From positions 15,006,001 through 15,070,000 of the forward strand of contig NC_086118.1 in NCBI RefSeq assembly GCF_963921235.1: DNA of 64,000 bases, read 5' to 3'. The position numbers and the translations under genes were made by a program. Origin of the DNA: Mobula hypostoma. Its lineage: Eukaryota. Each line of letters opens with the position of its first letter. Position 1 is the first letter of the stretch. Positions 26,506 to 39,310 of the stretch are shown here, in pieces. Below the pieces are notes generated by a model. That model was not told the DNA's origin. It saw only the letters and a program-made list of their open reading frames with translations, and did no database searches.

Positions 26506-29500
26506 CCTTAAGAATACTGCATTCACAGTTAGAGATTGATCAGTTGTAAGGTCAAAGCCTCTACAAATGAACATGTAAAGCAATGACAATACTCCTTAAA
26601 GTATGTAAGTGGCTTAAAGTGCTTTGGGACACATGGGGACCTAAGCATTTCTAATTAGTATAATGGGACAGATTGCATTTTATATAAATTTTCTTAATGT
26701 CATCAATGATTGATTGCCACTCTCTCATGCTGGGGTGGGAGAGGATGCAACGACAAACAAATGCACACCATGAGAACAAAATTAAGAGTGTTCAAATTGA
26801 GGGGTTTTAATAGAGTACGGTAAATGTTACTAATGGCAGAAGGTTTGATAACCAGGACACTTTTAAACTTATTAGGAGGATAAGGTTGGACTAGTACAAA
26901 TTAAAGGTAATCAAAAATACTGTTAAAGCAACAACATAAAATACTAACTTTTCTTAAGGTTATTTTAAAGTTTTAAAAAGTAGCATCATTGAATGTTACG
27001 TTAATTTTTAAAGTCAGACCAATGGAATGCTGTTTAATATCAGACATGCTGCATAGGTGTAACATTACATCCTTCTGCCAAAAAAGGTATGTGAGCAAAC
27101 AAATAACGCATTACATTGACTGGAAGGCAAACACAAAGAGTATCAATTGACTTTAGGAGGCTGGGCACAAGGTGATGCCTCCCAAGATTAAAAATTTTTC
27201 TCAAGTACATCAACTCTACAAAGCATGCCAAATTGTAAATTTGTCAGATTAAGTAGTTACATCTTACTCCAGTAAAGGTGACCTCACATACTGCATATAG
27301 GTTATTATTAAGCTACTGGCAATAGTAAGGAAATGTAAAACTCCACTTTGATTCACTGAAATGCAAACACTATTTTGGGTTCATTCCTTATAAATTGCTA
27401 TATTGTTATCTATTCAATAACTATGCACATTAAGTAAATCCTATTTTATTAATATGATTCTAATCAAATAGGAAACATGAGAACAGGTTTGTTATGAGGT
27501 CTCTGAAAATCTAAGATAAAGGAATAAGATTTCTTGCAGAATACCTTTCAAAAAAAAGAAGGGGAGAGAAGGTGGTGGGGGGTGGGGTGGGGGGAGTCCT
27601 GACTCTAGCAAATTCTGGATGGAGTTTAATTTAAAAAGGAGAATATTAATTATTTGCACAAACTCAAATACAAATTGGTCTCCCTTTGGAAACTGAAATA
27701 AATTTCAGCATTAAAGATCTTCAAAGGTATGTATTCCAATTGCTCCAAATTGCTCCAGCAAAAACATGATGTTTTGCAGGCAGGCACCAGTGAAAGAAAA
27801 CATGTGAGCCACAAGTATGCTCACACAACACAACTAAACAGGAAGCAGAGACCAAGGTCACTTCTTCACATTATCTTAGAAGGGTTCAGGCTTGCTGACT
27901 TTGTATCAACTAGAGGCAAGGAAAGATTTGTAATTCACAAAATTTACAGGAAGAGCTTGATATCTTTGCTCCACTTTGGAAATTTTCCGTCCACACTCAA
28001 TGGTCGAAGTCTTCCTGCCAAACAGCTTTTGAACATTTCAACAGTTTTAAAAGTTTGATTTTACAAAATATTAAACAAGGAAGATTCAACAGTAAAACAA
28101 GTTGCCGGTTCCACGTGTTTGTCTGTTCATGTAGATTTTTTCCAAAGAGGGAGCAGTTCAACCAACATATAAATATTTTAAGCAAGCTAAGATATTAAAG
28201 AAACGGAAGACTCCACTTTGGTTGGCTGAAATGCAAATACAAATTCCTACAAATTGCTTTCTCATTATCTATTCAATAACTTCGCACATTAGCTCTATCC
28301 TACACTGTCAGATTGGTTCCAATATTCAAAACAAGTTGTTAAAACTAGCCAAAGTTCATCTTAAAATAATAGCATATATGATCTTTTCTGTATTACAAGA
28401 CAAGTTCCATATTTTAAAACTTAGCTCCACAAAAAAAATCCCTGAAGTCCAGCAAATGAATTAGTTTTTGAGGCAGGTATATCATGTACCACAAGCATTA
28501 TGCCTCAAAAATTTGGTTTTTGCTCTTCCTACATTTATGTAATGATTTGCAGCATCTAAGAATTGTCCAAATGAGCACTCGAATTGTCTGGGCATAGAAG
28601 CCTGCTCCCTTGCCGTAGATTCTTAGACTCTAATATTGCTGAAGGTATTAAGGATCGTGCCCAGAATTTAGTTGATTTGAAATTTGCATCTTACAAAGGA
28701 ATAGCAATTAATTTTTAACAAGTTAAGAACTAACATTCAGCATTTCATCTATTTACTTTTAAGCAGAAGATTTTAATATGTAAATATCAAGATCCAAATT
28801 GGTAGGTGGTTTGTTATTTTTATAGTTTCAAACAACAGAGGCTGAGTTATTTCATGCACACCCAGTATGTGTGCATTTGTTATTGACTGAACACATGTTA
28901 ATGAACTAACACAGAGCACTCGCTTAAGCGATAAGCTCGAAGTATAACCCTACTTTGAATTAATGTATAAAATCAAACTGGAAATTACTGTTAACTAATT
29001 TTATTTGAAAAAATTTCTATTTTTACATGAATATGGATGTACTTCATCCTTCATTAGTTTTCAAGTCCTAAACTTAATTATTTTGTGCTACATTTGACTC
29101 TTTACTGAAGCAATAATTTTGAATATATCATCATAATTTCATGTCTGTTTTGCTACATAAAGTGTTGGTAACATCAGTGCTTCACAGTCCATTCAAAAGT
29201 GCTCAGATTATTAATAGGTTTCAAACAAGAGAAAAATCTGCAGATGCTGGAAATCTGAGCAACACACAGACACACAAAATGCTGGAGTAAACCAGCAGGC
29301 CAGGCCGAGCAGCATCTAGGAAAAGAGTACAGTTAATCTTTCGGGCTGAAACCCTTCATAGATTTGAAGTATTTTTTGATAATGCTGAAAATCACCGTAT
29401 TTTTATTCCCATTACAATTCTTTATCAAATTTACACAGCAAGAGAATATCAGATAACCAACCCTACCTCATGCTTTTCTGACAAATTTAGTATTTATACT

Positions 29501-31133
29501 TCCTGATTGCAAAATACCCTTTACTCATCTCATATTGACCATTTAGGCACCTCTTAAGATTTAATTATTTAGCAGCATCAGACACATTTGCACTAGATTT
29601 CAGAGACATTTATTCACTCAATATTTTCTTTAATTTGGTGAAATTATTTGACAGAAGTCCATTAATTGTTTTTGGCCCATCACTGTCTTAGTAAGGGAGC
29701 AACTGTTAATAGAACAAATCGCTCAGCATTTAGATGAGTTAAGAGCATCTGAATGAATGTCATAACAAGCATTTATATTTTCCATTCCAGTAAAGTCTTT
29801 CAACAAAAACATGGCTAGAGGTGATCAATTTAGTCTTCCAGCAATTCATTCCAATGACACCAGCACAAACATATCTCAGGTTTTAATTCTGTGCCAAATA
29901 ATAAAACTCTATAAAGTGTTATTCACAATTGCTTTACAGCCATGGTTTAACAGACTATGGTTTGGATCCACCTGTTTCGCACTTCTCAATTTTGCAGTCC
30001 CTAGGACCATCCTACACCGGTGCCCAACATCGCAGCTGTTCAGGTTTTCATACTTCCGCCCCCCCCCACCCATTTTTATTTAACTACTTATTCACATATT
30101 TGTCTGCAATATCTTGTTTATTCCCTGGATCAGACAGAGAAAGACATAAGCAAGCACTCATGTTCTGAATATCTAATACACAAGTTACAGGATACCACAT
30201 TGACAGAAGTCCCATCAAGAATGCCAAGAATGAAACCACCTCAGACAACATTAACTAGATACCTTTAAAGGACATAAACCTGTCAGAAAAACGCCAAGAG
30301 TAGTTGGACATTTTCAGGCAGATTTCAACATCCCACTTAACATTGTTTCCCTCCAATATTCTCGCATCTACAATTGAAACAAAAGCATGCTTACTTTACT
30401 TTAACTGGTTTTCCTTCAGCTGCCCAAAGCTGTGTTTAGGAGATTATCCCCTCTGAAGTTAACAGGACAATTCTGCAGGACTGACAACTGTGGAAGGGGC
30501 GATGTCACAAATAGCTAGGATGTCTGGAAATACAATCTAAGAATGTGCCAGTAATCAGTTGGAAGAATAAGTAACTATTTCATTCTGGGGATAGGAGAGG
30601 GGTGGAGTACAAGTTGGGCTAACATTGACAAGAAACAGCCAAGATCTACAATTTGGGATACTGCCAAGGTTGCAAAAGCCTAGCCAAGAGAAAAAGTTAC
30701 ACTTAAAAGGTAGGCAGAAAGGCGGACAATAAATTGAAACATAATACATAGGATGAAAGAAGAAAGTCATTAGATAAATAAACAAAACAGAAGTAATTTA
30801 AGGTGCTGTACAAAGCAACAAAATCCCCTGGAAGGACTCTGTGGGTCAAACAGTGGGGAGAGGAAGATGGTGAAGGTGCGAGGCGTGGGTGAGCAATTCC
30901 CAACGTTGAGTCAACTTTTTCAGCATCTTGTGTCCCTAAGGTGGGGCATTGTATTGACATTCAGACATGAATGCAAAATCTGTCAATAAACAAAATCAGT
31001 AAAAATCAAATAAGGAATAAAATACTGAAAAGAAGATTGAATTTCTTTGCAAATCAAAATACACACACATCAACAGAACTCATCAGGCTAATATTTACCA
31101 GCAGTAAATCTTACTGCAAGAAAAGGATTCCTA

Positions 31134-32695
31134 CTGCACCTATAAAAAGTATTCACAGTGGATTTAATTTGGGGTGTTGTTTTTTTACGCTGATCAACAG
31201 AAAAAGACTCGTGTGAAAGTGAAAACAGATTGATCTAAGTTAATTACAAATATAAAACACAATATGATTGATTGTATAAGTATTCAACCCCCACCCTTAA
31301 TGTGAAACACCAAATCATCACTGGTGCAGCAAATTGGTTTTAGAAGTCACATAATTAAATACAGATCACTGTGTGCGCTCAAGGAGTCTCAATTGATTGT
31401 AGTAAAAATACACCTGTATCTGGAAGATCCAACTGCTGGTGAGTCAGTATCCTGGCAAAAACTATGCCATGAAGTTAAAGAACAATCCAAGCAACTCCAT
31501 GAAAGGGTTATTGAAAAGCACAAGACGGGAGATGGATACAAGAACATTTCCAAGTCACTGAATACCCCTTGGATTACAGTTAAGTCAATCATCAAGAAAT
31601 GGAAAGAATATGCACAGCTGGAAATCTGCCTGGAGCAGGTAGTCCTCAAAAACTGAGTGACCATGCAAGAAAGGGACTAGTGAAGGAGGCCATCAAGAGA
31701 CCTACGACAGCTTTGGAGGAATTACAAGCTTTAGTAGCTGAGATGGGAGAAACTGCGCATACAACTGTTGCCCGGGTGCTTCACCAGTCACAGCTTTATG
31801 GGACAGTGGCAAAGAGAAAGCAATTGTTGAAAACAACTCTCATGAAATCTCAACTTTATTTTGCCAGAAGGCATGTGGGAGACTCTGAAGTCAGCTGGAA
31901 GGAGGTTCTATAGTCTGATGAAACCAGAATTGAACTTTTTGGCCATCAGACTAAACACCATGTTTGGCACAAGGGAAACACCACACATCATCCCTACTGT
32001 GAAGCATGGTGGTGGCTACATTATGCTGTGAGAATGCTTCACTGCAGCAGGCTCTGGAAGGCTTATGAAGGTAGAAGGTAAATGAATGCAGCAAAATACA
32101 GGGAAATCCTGGAGGCAAACCTGATGCAGTCTGCAAGAGAACTGCGATTTGGGAGATTTGTTTTCCAGCAAGACAGTGACGCCAAGCATAAAGCCAAAGC
32201 TACACAGGAATGCCTGAAAAACAAAACTAATGTCCTGGAGTAGCCAAGTCAGAGTTCAGACTTCAATCCAATTGAGAATTTGTGCCTGGCTTGAAAAGGG
32301 CTGTTCACTCACAATCTTCATGTAATCTGACAGAGCTTGCGTGGTTTTGTAAAGTAGAATGGGGGGAAAAATTGATTGCAGTGTCCAGATGTGCAAAGCT
32401 GATAGAAACCTATCCACACAGACTCAAGGCTGTAATTGCTGCCAAAGGTGCATCTACTAAATACTGCCTTGAAGGGAGTGAATATTTATGCAATCAATTA
32501 TTTTGTGCTTTATATTTGTAATTAATTTTGATCTCTGTGTAGAGATTTGTTTTCACTTTGACACAAAAAGTCTTTTTCTGTTGATCAGTGTAAAAAAAAA
32601 GGCCAAATTAAATCCACTGTGATTCAATGTTGTAAAACAATATAACATAACTTCCAAGGAGGGGTCAGGGAAGTGAATAGTTTCTATAGACACTG
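31134..32695 (+). mobile_element. Tc1 DNA transposon, near full length, transposase pseudogene
   Basis: TA flanks at 31132-31133 and 32696-32697. Long imperfect TIRs. GDGYKNISKSL..TVKSIIKKWK (HTH), [40 protein letters not shown]. Multiple stops and frameshifts. Confidence 0.92.
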
Positions 32696-34344
32696 TAAGT
32701 TGGCCTCAACTTGTCCAGCATTTTAAAAAAAATTAGTAAAAATCAAGATATTTAAATTATTAATGGCTAAAATTTTCTTTTAAGTCTTTAAGTAAGACGA
32801 ACATGCTTAAGTCTTTTAAATAATGAACAGTTGACTTTAACATAATTACATCAGATTACATGATATAGGTCACAATTCACAACCAACTTCGCAAAGATCT
32901 GAAGCAGGTTTTCCTCCAAGTGACACTAAGGAGGCTCACTCCAATCCCAGGAAGATGCACTGTAACATTGGAGACACCTTTGTGCAAATCTCCTCCACAT
33001 CTGTTAGTGGATTGGGAGGCAACCATTTAAAACTATGTCCCCCCATTCAAGTGGAAACATCTCAAAGTCCAAAGTCAATTTTAACAAAGTACATATGTCA
33101 CCCTGCCATTTGTCTTCCTGTGGGCATACTCAGCAAATCTATAGAATAGTAACTGTAACAGGATCAATGAAAGATCGATGAGAGTTCAAAAGACAACACA
33201 CTGTGCAAATGGAAATATAAATAAATTGCAATAAACAACAAGAACATGAGATAATGAGATGGAGTCCGTAAACTGATATCATCGATTGTAGGAACATTTC
33301 AATATCTATTGTCAAACCCCCTATGAATCTCATGTTTCAATAAGATCATCCACAATTCTTTAAAACTCTAAAGAATACACATCTAATTTCCTTAGCCACT
33401 AATGAGGGAACCCCCTCTCATACCAATAACAAGCCCAGTGAAAATCTTTTTGATAGACTCCAAATGTATATCCTTACTGAAATAAGTGGGCCAAAATTGT
33501 AAACAGTACTCCTGATGTGGTCACATCAGTTCTCTGAACAATTGTAACAAAATAAACCTAGTGTTTCTGTATTTTTACATACATCAACTGAAAAATAACT
33601 AGAAAATGCTGGAGATACTCAGTAGATCAGGTGGGATTTTATCAAAGAAATACAGTTAACATTTCAGTTCTAATGAAGAGCCTTCAACCTGAAACTTTAA
33701 CCGTTTCTCTTCCCGCAAGATGCAGCTTTACTTGCTGAATAGTTCCGGCATTTTTCATATTCACATCAAGATTGATAGAGCAGCACTTGAATCACACATC
33801 ATTAGTGATTTTATACATTTCCTCCTGTTCGCTGTAGAAGTGAAGTGCTTTTAGCTCAATCTACAATTGATGGTCTCTGGATTAAAGATTTCTCTTCCTA
33901 CCAGCCATCATAATGGTTAACTGTGCAGTGTTCCTCCACATCTCCTTAAGAATGCACAGCAGGGTTCACTTGTGGTCAAATGTAAATCTTCATGGTCCCC
34001 TTCTCCCTCCCCCTGCAACAACCACTGTCCTCTACTTGGTTTCAAACTCATTTGCACCTTGTGTATATAGAAGCCTCAATTTTTTTTAAAAAATGATCTT
34101 TGTGTTTTGAAACCATTCTGCCTTTGTCCCTTTCTGAGCTTCTGCCAGGTCAGAAAAGGTCCTTCCCCAAACTTTGTATGTCTCCGACTCTAGCAGTATC
34201 CATTCAAGTGCATTTTGCACCCAAATTCCCAATTGTTTGAATATCCAAAGGACACAACAGGATATAAAACACAAAATAGCACTAGGCAGCTCCACCACCA
34301 ATTTAAAACAGATCCAGCGGAAGATGAGCAACACAGATAAATTA

Positions 34345-34804
34345 GAAACATCTTCTAAATGATGACTCCCTCCTTTCCCTTACGGAAAAAAACACACAAA
34401 GTCTGGCTGGCAGGCCTGACTGCAGCTAAGAAGGTTGTAGTCCAGCGTTGGAAACCTCCCCATGATATTTCAAATACTCACTGGTTTCGGAGCTTTTTGG
34501 ACATTTCTTACCTGGAACTTTCATCAGCAAGAGTAAATGATGCACAACCAAACACAATCTTAATGTGGACAAATTTGATATCTAACTTAAAAGATCTTTT
34601 GTTAAAATAGGAATGCTTTGTCTGTGTATGCAATACTATTCAGTTGGTTGGTGGAGGGGAGAGGGATGGGGGTGAGAGAGGGGTGGAGGGGGGATGGTGA
34701 TAAGGTTGGGGGGTGGCTGGGTTAAACAGTCAAAATGTAATTGGCAATTGGTTGTATTGAATGTAATTTGTTGGTGTTGCAATAAAAAATTAGTAATAAA
34801 AAAA
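34345..34804 (+). mobile_element. L1-clade LINE 3' fragment (ORF2 C-terminus, G-rich 3' UTR, poly-A)
   Basis: ORF 34359-34610 has WLAGLTAAKKVVVQRWK..W..ELSSAR..W. Followed by a G-rich tract and aataaaaaattagtaataaaaaaa. Confidence 0.75.
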
Positions 34805-34817
34805 TAGCACAGGGCAG

Positions 34818-35085
34818 CAATGTTCCCTCTGAGGTGTGCACTCACACACTTCTTTTGCTACAAGCGCACAATGGAATTTAAGTTGCGCACAAAAGGGTAA
34901 TCACCTTCTACCACATAGGCACGTTAAGTGTACTTTATGATCGTACATAATCACATTTCCTTTTCCAGTTTCTGATGTGGACCGTGCTGACAACATGTAG
35001 TTTCCGATGATTTGTCTGCAGATTTCAGAACTGGCTTTATTTATACGTTTTTTTTAGTGAGGAAATTATTGATTCACTGTGTCAA
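34818..35085. mobile_element. hAT-type MITE, left part only
   Basis: Starts CAATGTTCCCTCT, the same terminus as at 51632. No right TIR seen. Confidence 0.5.
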
Positions 35086-35369
35086 ATCCCAAAGTCTACC
35101 ATGTGGAACTTAACAAATTCCTTACTTAAGCCCATTTAGATAACATCCATTGCTTTACCCTCATCAAGCTCCTTTGTCACCTCCTCAAAAAACCGTAATT
35201 AAGCTTGCAAGGCAAAACCTGCTCTGCACAAAACCCTGCTACCTGTTCCTAATCAGGCCATCATGCTTTTCCAATAGCTCTCCCCCCACCCCCCACCGTG
35301 ACTTGGGCCTTACTGGCCTATAACTAATTATACATCTCTACATCCTTTCTTAAACAAAGGCACAGATAA

Positions 35370-36750
35370 AGATCAGTTGCAAATTTGGACAGCAAAATGG
35401 CAGATGGAATTTAATCCAAACAAGAATGCAATAATGTATTTGAAGATGTCAAATGCAAGTAGCATACAGAAGATGCAGGAGACATACAAATATTGACGTG
35501 CAGAGAGATCTTGAGATGCACTTCTCCCTGAAAGTGCCAACATAATTCAATATTGTGGAAAAGCATGTATGCCTTCTTCAATCAGGGCATTGAGTATAAA
35601 AATTGGCAAGACATGGTGTAGCTGCATAAAACTTTGGTGAGGCAACATTTAGAGCCCTGCATACAGTCTAGGGTGTGGAGACTTTGAAGGGATTGCAGAA
35701 AAGGTTCACCAGGATACTGCCTGGATTGGAGCGTATTAGCTATAAGGAGAGATTGGACCAATGTGGAGCTGGAGGAACTCAGCAGTTCAAGCAGCATCTA
35801 TGAGCGGAAATGGATTTTTCCATTGACCGTTCATCAGGACTAGAAAGAGGGGAGGATAGCCAATACAAAAAGTTCAGAGGAATGTGTGGAGCAGGGGTTG
35901 ACTGGCAATAGATGGATCCAGGTGAGGGGAATGATAAGCAGGTGAGGAAGGAGGGAGAATGGGAATCATCCAAGAAGCTAGCTGGGAATATGTGGAAGTA
36001 ACAAGGGCTGATAGAAGATGGGTCCTCATAGGAGAGAACAGGGATACAGGGAATAAAGGGATAGAGGTGAGGAAGGGAACTGGTTGGAGGAATGTGATGG
36101 GTAATAGGCAGATTGAAAGGGTGGGGGACAGTGTGATAAGGAAAAAGAAAGGGATAGAAAGGAGTCATTACTGGAATGTTAGAGAAATCAATGTTCTTGC
36201 TGTCGGATTTTAGACCACCGAAGTGGAACACGAGGTACTGTTTCTGTAATCTGTGTCTAGCCTCAGTTTAGCAGTAGAGGGGATATGCTAGTGTGAGAAT
36301 GGAAAGTGGAATTAAAATGGCCAACAACCTTAAGATCCAAGGTGCTTAACATAGATAAACACGAATTGTTTTCTAGGGAGCATCAATGACTGTGCACCAA
36401 CCTGATAGAAGTATATAAAATTATGTGAGGTGTAGACAGGGTAGATAGTCAATCTTGATCCCAGGGTGGAACTGCCAAGGACTAGACGGCACAGGATTAA
36501 GGCTAGAAATAGAAAATTTAAAGGGGGATTTGCAAGGCAAGGTTTGTTTTACTGAGATTGTTAGATGTTGTCAGGTGAGTTGGTAGAATCAGATACAATA
36601 GCAACATTTAAAAGAAACATAAAAAGACAGGGAGTAGAGGGATATGGACAATGTACAGGCAGATGGGACTGAACTATATTGGTATCATTGACAGTGCAGG
36701 CAGTGAACCAAAGGGCTTTGCTCCTGTGCCATGTCATGGAGTTCTAACTC
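35370..36750 (+). mobile_element. Decayed CR1 3' portion interrupted by an old PLE fragment (~35765-36345, minus)
   Basis: KWQMEFN, GIEYK.W, KTLVR.HLE.C before the insert; LIEVYKIM.GVDRVDS and the CR1 tail after it. The insert has PLE 3' UTR and GIY-YIG-end similarity. Confidence 0.65.
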
Positions 36751-37342
36751 TTTGCTCTACGTTTACAGAACCTTCTGCCATTGAAGGAATTGTGGCTGAT
36801 CCAATCCTTGATATCAACTCCATTAAACATTAATACCTTGAAAAATTCATCTCAGCCGGGAATATTTTAACAGCTCAATATCCAAAACATTCGGGATAGG
36901 AGATTCAAAACACATGCATCCTCATTATTGGTTCCAACTGTCTCTAAATGGCTAATCCTGAGATCACACCCAGGATCTGGAGCACCACAGCAAAGAAGCC
37001 AGTCTTGATCCCTCTTCTGACCGAATCTAAAACTCAAATTTTTTGCCAAGACTTTCCATTCTGCTCTACCTTATAATGTCTCCTTTGACTCTATTTGTTT
37101 CCTTCTCTTATAGCTGAGGGATGACTATTGCTAAAAGCTACCAAGAGAAAGTCTGCAGATGCTGGAAATCCCAACAACACACACAAAATGCTGGAGAAAC
37201 TTAGCAGGCCAGGCAGCATCTATGGAAAAGAGAACAGTCGATATTTTGGGCTAAGACCCTTCAGCTTTTTTAAAAGGTTCTGTATAACTACACATTCAAA
37301 TTTTCTGCTGTGGCAGTGCAGGCATATGAAGTGTTATACTGA

Positions 37343-38352
37343 GGCTACGTCCACACTACGCCGGATAATTTTGAAAACGCCGGTTTCGAGTAAAAACGAC
37401 AGGTGTCCACACTAAGCGTTTTTCAAAATATCTCCGTCCACATTAGGCTGATATTTGGGCGAATCTCCTCCTACTGGGCATGCGCAGGACACACAGAAAA
37501 CAAGCGAAGAGGAAACGATATACTTAGTGCGCGTTTTTCCAGTTACAGAGTAGAAAAACTTTAAGGGAATTGCTCTTGGCTCTCGCGCAGGAGGACTTAA
37601 AACTTAAAAAAAATACTGGAGCGTATGGAGGCAACCGACAGGGAGTTCACGGACAGTATGACCCAGCTGACGACGAACATTGAAAAACTGACTAACTCTG
37701 TTGCATTAATAAAGCACCTTGTTAAATGTATCAAACGTCTGCATCAGCGTTATCTTGTATTTCCATACAATGTTACATTAGGCTGTTACACATCTGTTGT
37801 CAGAGAAGTACTTGCATAAGTAGGTAAGCCACCTTCATACAAGCAAGGACAGAAAACAGGGCGAAGTGAGTATACTTATTTATTCAGTTAGCTATGGGTC
37901 AAAGTATCTGGTGAGTACATTTCTAACCCTTCTGGCTTCAGTCTCGTCTGTCTGTTCTGAAATTGTTAGGTGGTGGCGTTCAAGAAAACAACGAACATCT
38001 GTTCCGGCACATCATGACAGCGTTTTTAAATAGTCAAAAAAGCTCACTTTACAATTTAACTCTCACGCCGTTCACACCAACTGCGCGTTATAACAGCTTG
38101 CGCAGTACCAAGCAAAAGCAGAAAAAAGCATTGTTGTTGTGGTGTTGTCCCGACAATGTTTTTAAATCTCTCCGTTTACCCCGTACACACTATGCCGGAT
38201 ATTAAGCGTTTTCAGATTTATTCACTCTGGAGAGTGTTTTCGAAAATCTCCGTTTTCGGGGGCTGAAAACGCCGGCTCAGTGTGGACAGGAGGGCAAAAC
38301 GAAGAGAAAAAGCTTCGTTTTCAAAATTATCCGGCGTAGTGTGGACGTACCC
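37343..38352 (+). mobile_element. PIF/Harbinger non-autonomous DNA transposon, 1010 bp, TGA TSD
   Basis: 37-bp TIR GGSTACGTCCACACTACGCCGGATAATTTTGAAAACG (1 mismatch). TGA at 37340-37342 and 38353-38355. Confidence 0.9.
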
Positions 38353-39034
38353 TGATACTCACACTCCTGCTTTGAAATGGGTGCCAGAGTTCTCTCACAT
38401 TTTGTATTCGAGCACATATGCAGAGAACTGAGAGAAGTAAGAGTACTTCTCTTCTCTTACATTGATTGTAACAATATCTATTCCTTCGAATACAAATAAA
38501 TTCTTTGAAAGTAAATGAAGGGTCCATGACGGGGTGAAGTAAATTCATATGAAGGACAATAGTCAAAACATGCAACAAGCAAAAAAGCCTGTTTACACTC
38601 AGTCCAATTTTATTTCACATTTAATTAAATAGAAAAATAACAGGGATACATGTCAAGGTAACATCAGCCCTGCTTTCTGTGACATCTGTGTTTTTAAATT
38701 GAAGTAATGATGACAGGAGGAACCAACGAAGCACCAAAACAGCCAGTAGTTGAGCAAGGTGTTTGACAGTCTTTACTTTGGGGTTTCTTTGTTTTGTGGC
38801 TACCTGTGAGGAGACAAATCTCAAAGTTGTGTAACGTATACAAACCTCGATAGTAAATGTACTTTGAACTTTGAATGTCAGAAATGCAGAGCAAACCAAG
38901 TTATACTTAAACTCAGCATATCCAAAGTTAAGGAATTGACTTCCTTTCCGTTTGTGTAGCTGTGTCACAAAAATTGAATACCCATATTTGCTTCTGCCCT
39001 CTGCTACAAATCACAAGCCACAGAACTCTTCAAC

Positions 39035-39310
39035 AGCGCCACGGTACTGGAGCAGTCAGCGCGACACTGATACAGCTCAGGCCATTGGAGTTGGAAGTTC
39101 AACTCCAGCATCTTCTGCAAGAAGTCCCTGTGTTTCTTCCCCATGGAATGCATGGGTTTCCCCCGAGTGCTCCGGTTTCCTCTCACAGTCCAAAGAGGTG
39201 CCGGGCGGGAAGGTGAATTGATCATTGTAAATTGTTCCGTGATTAGGTTAGTGTTGAAACTGGGGGGATGCCCTGAAGGGCTCACTCCATGCTGTATCTC
39301 TAAATAATAC
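39035..39310 (+). mobile_element. V-SINE
   Basis: V-domain GGGTTTCCCCCGAGTGCTCCGGTTTCCTCTCACAGTCCAAAGA. tRNA-like head with a gttcaactcc B-box. LINE-like tail. Confidence 0.8.

Noticed and set aside
28465..28511. 11-bp inverted repeat TTTTTGAGGCA/TGCCTCAAAAA
   Set aside because: Short and partly homopolymeric, with no TSD; compatible with chance.
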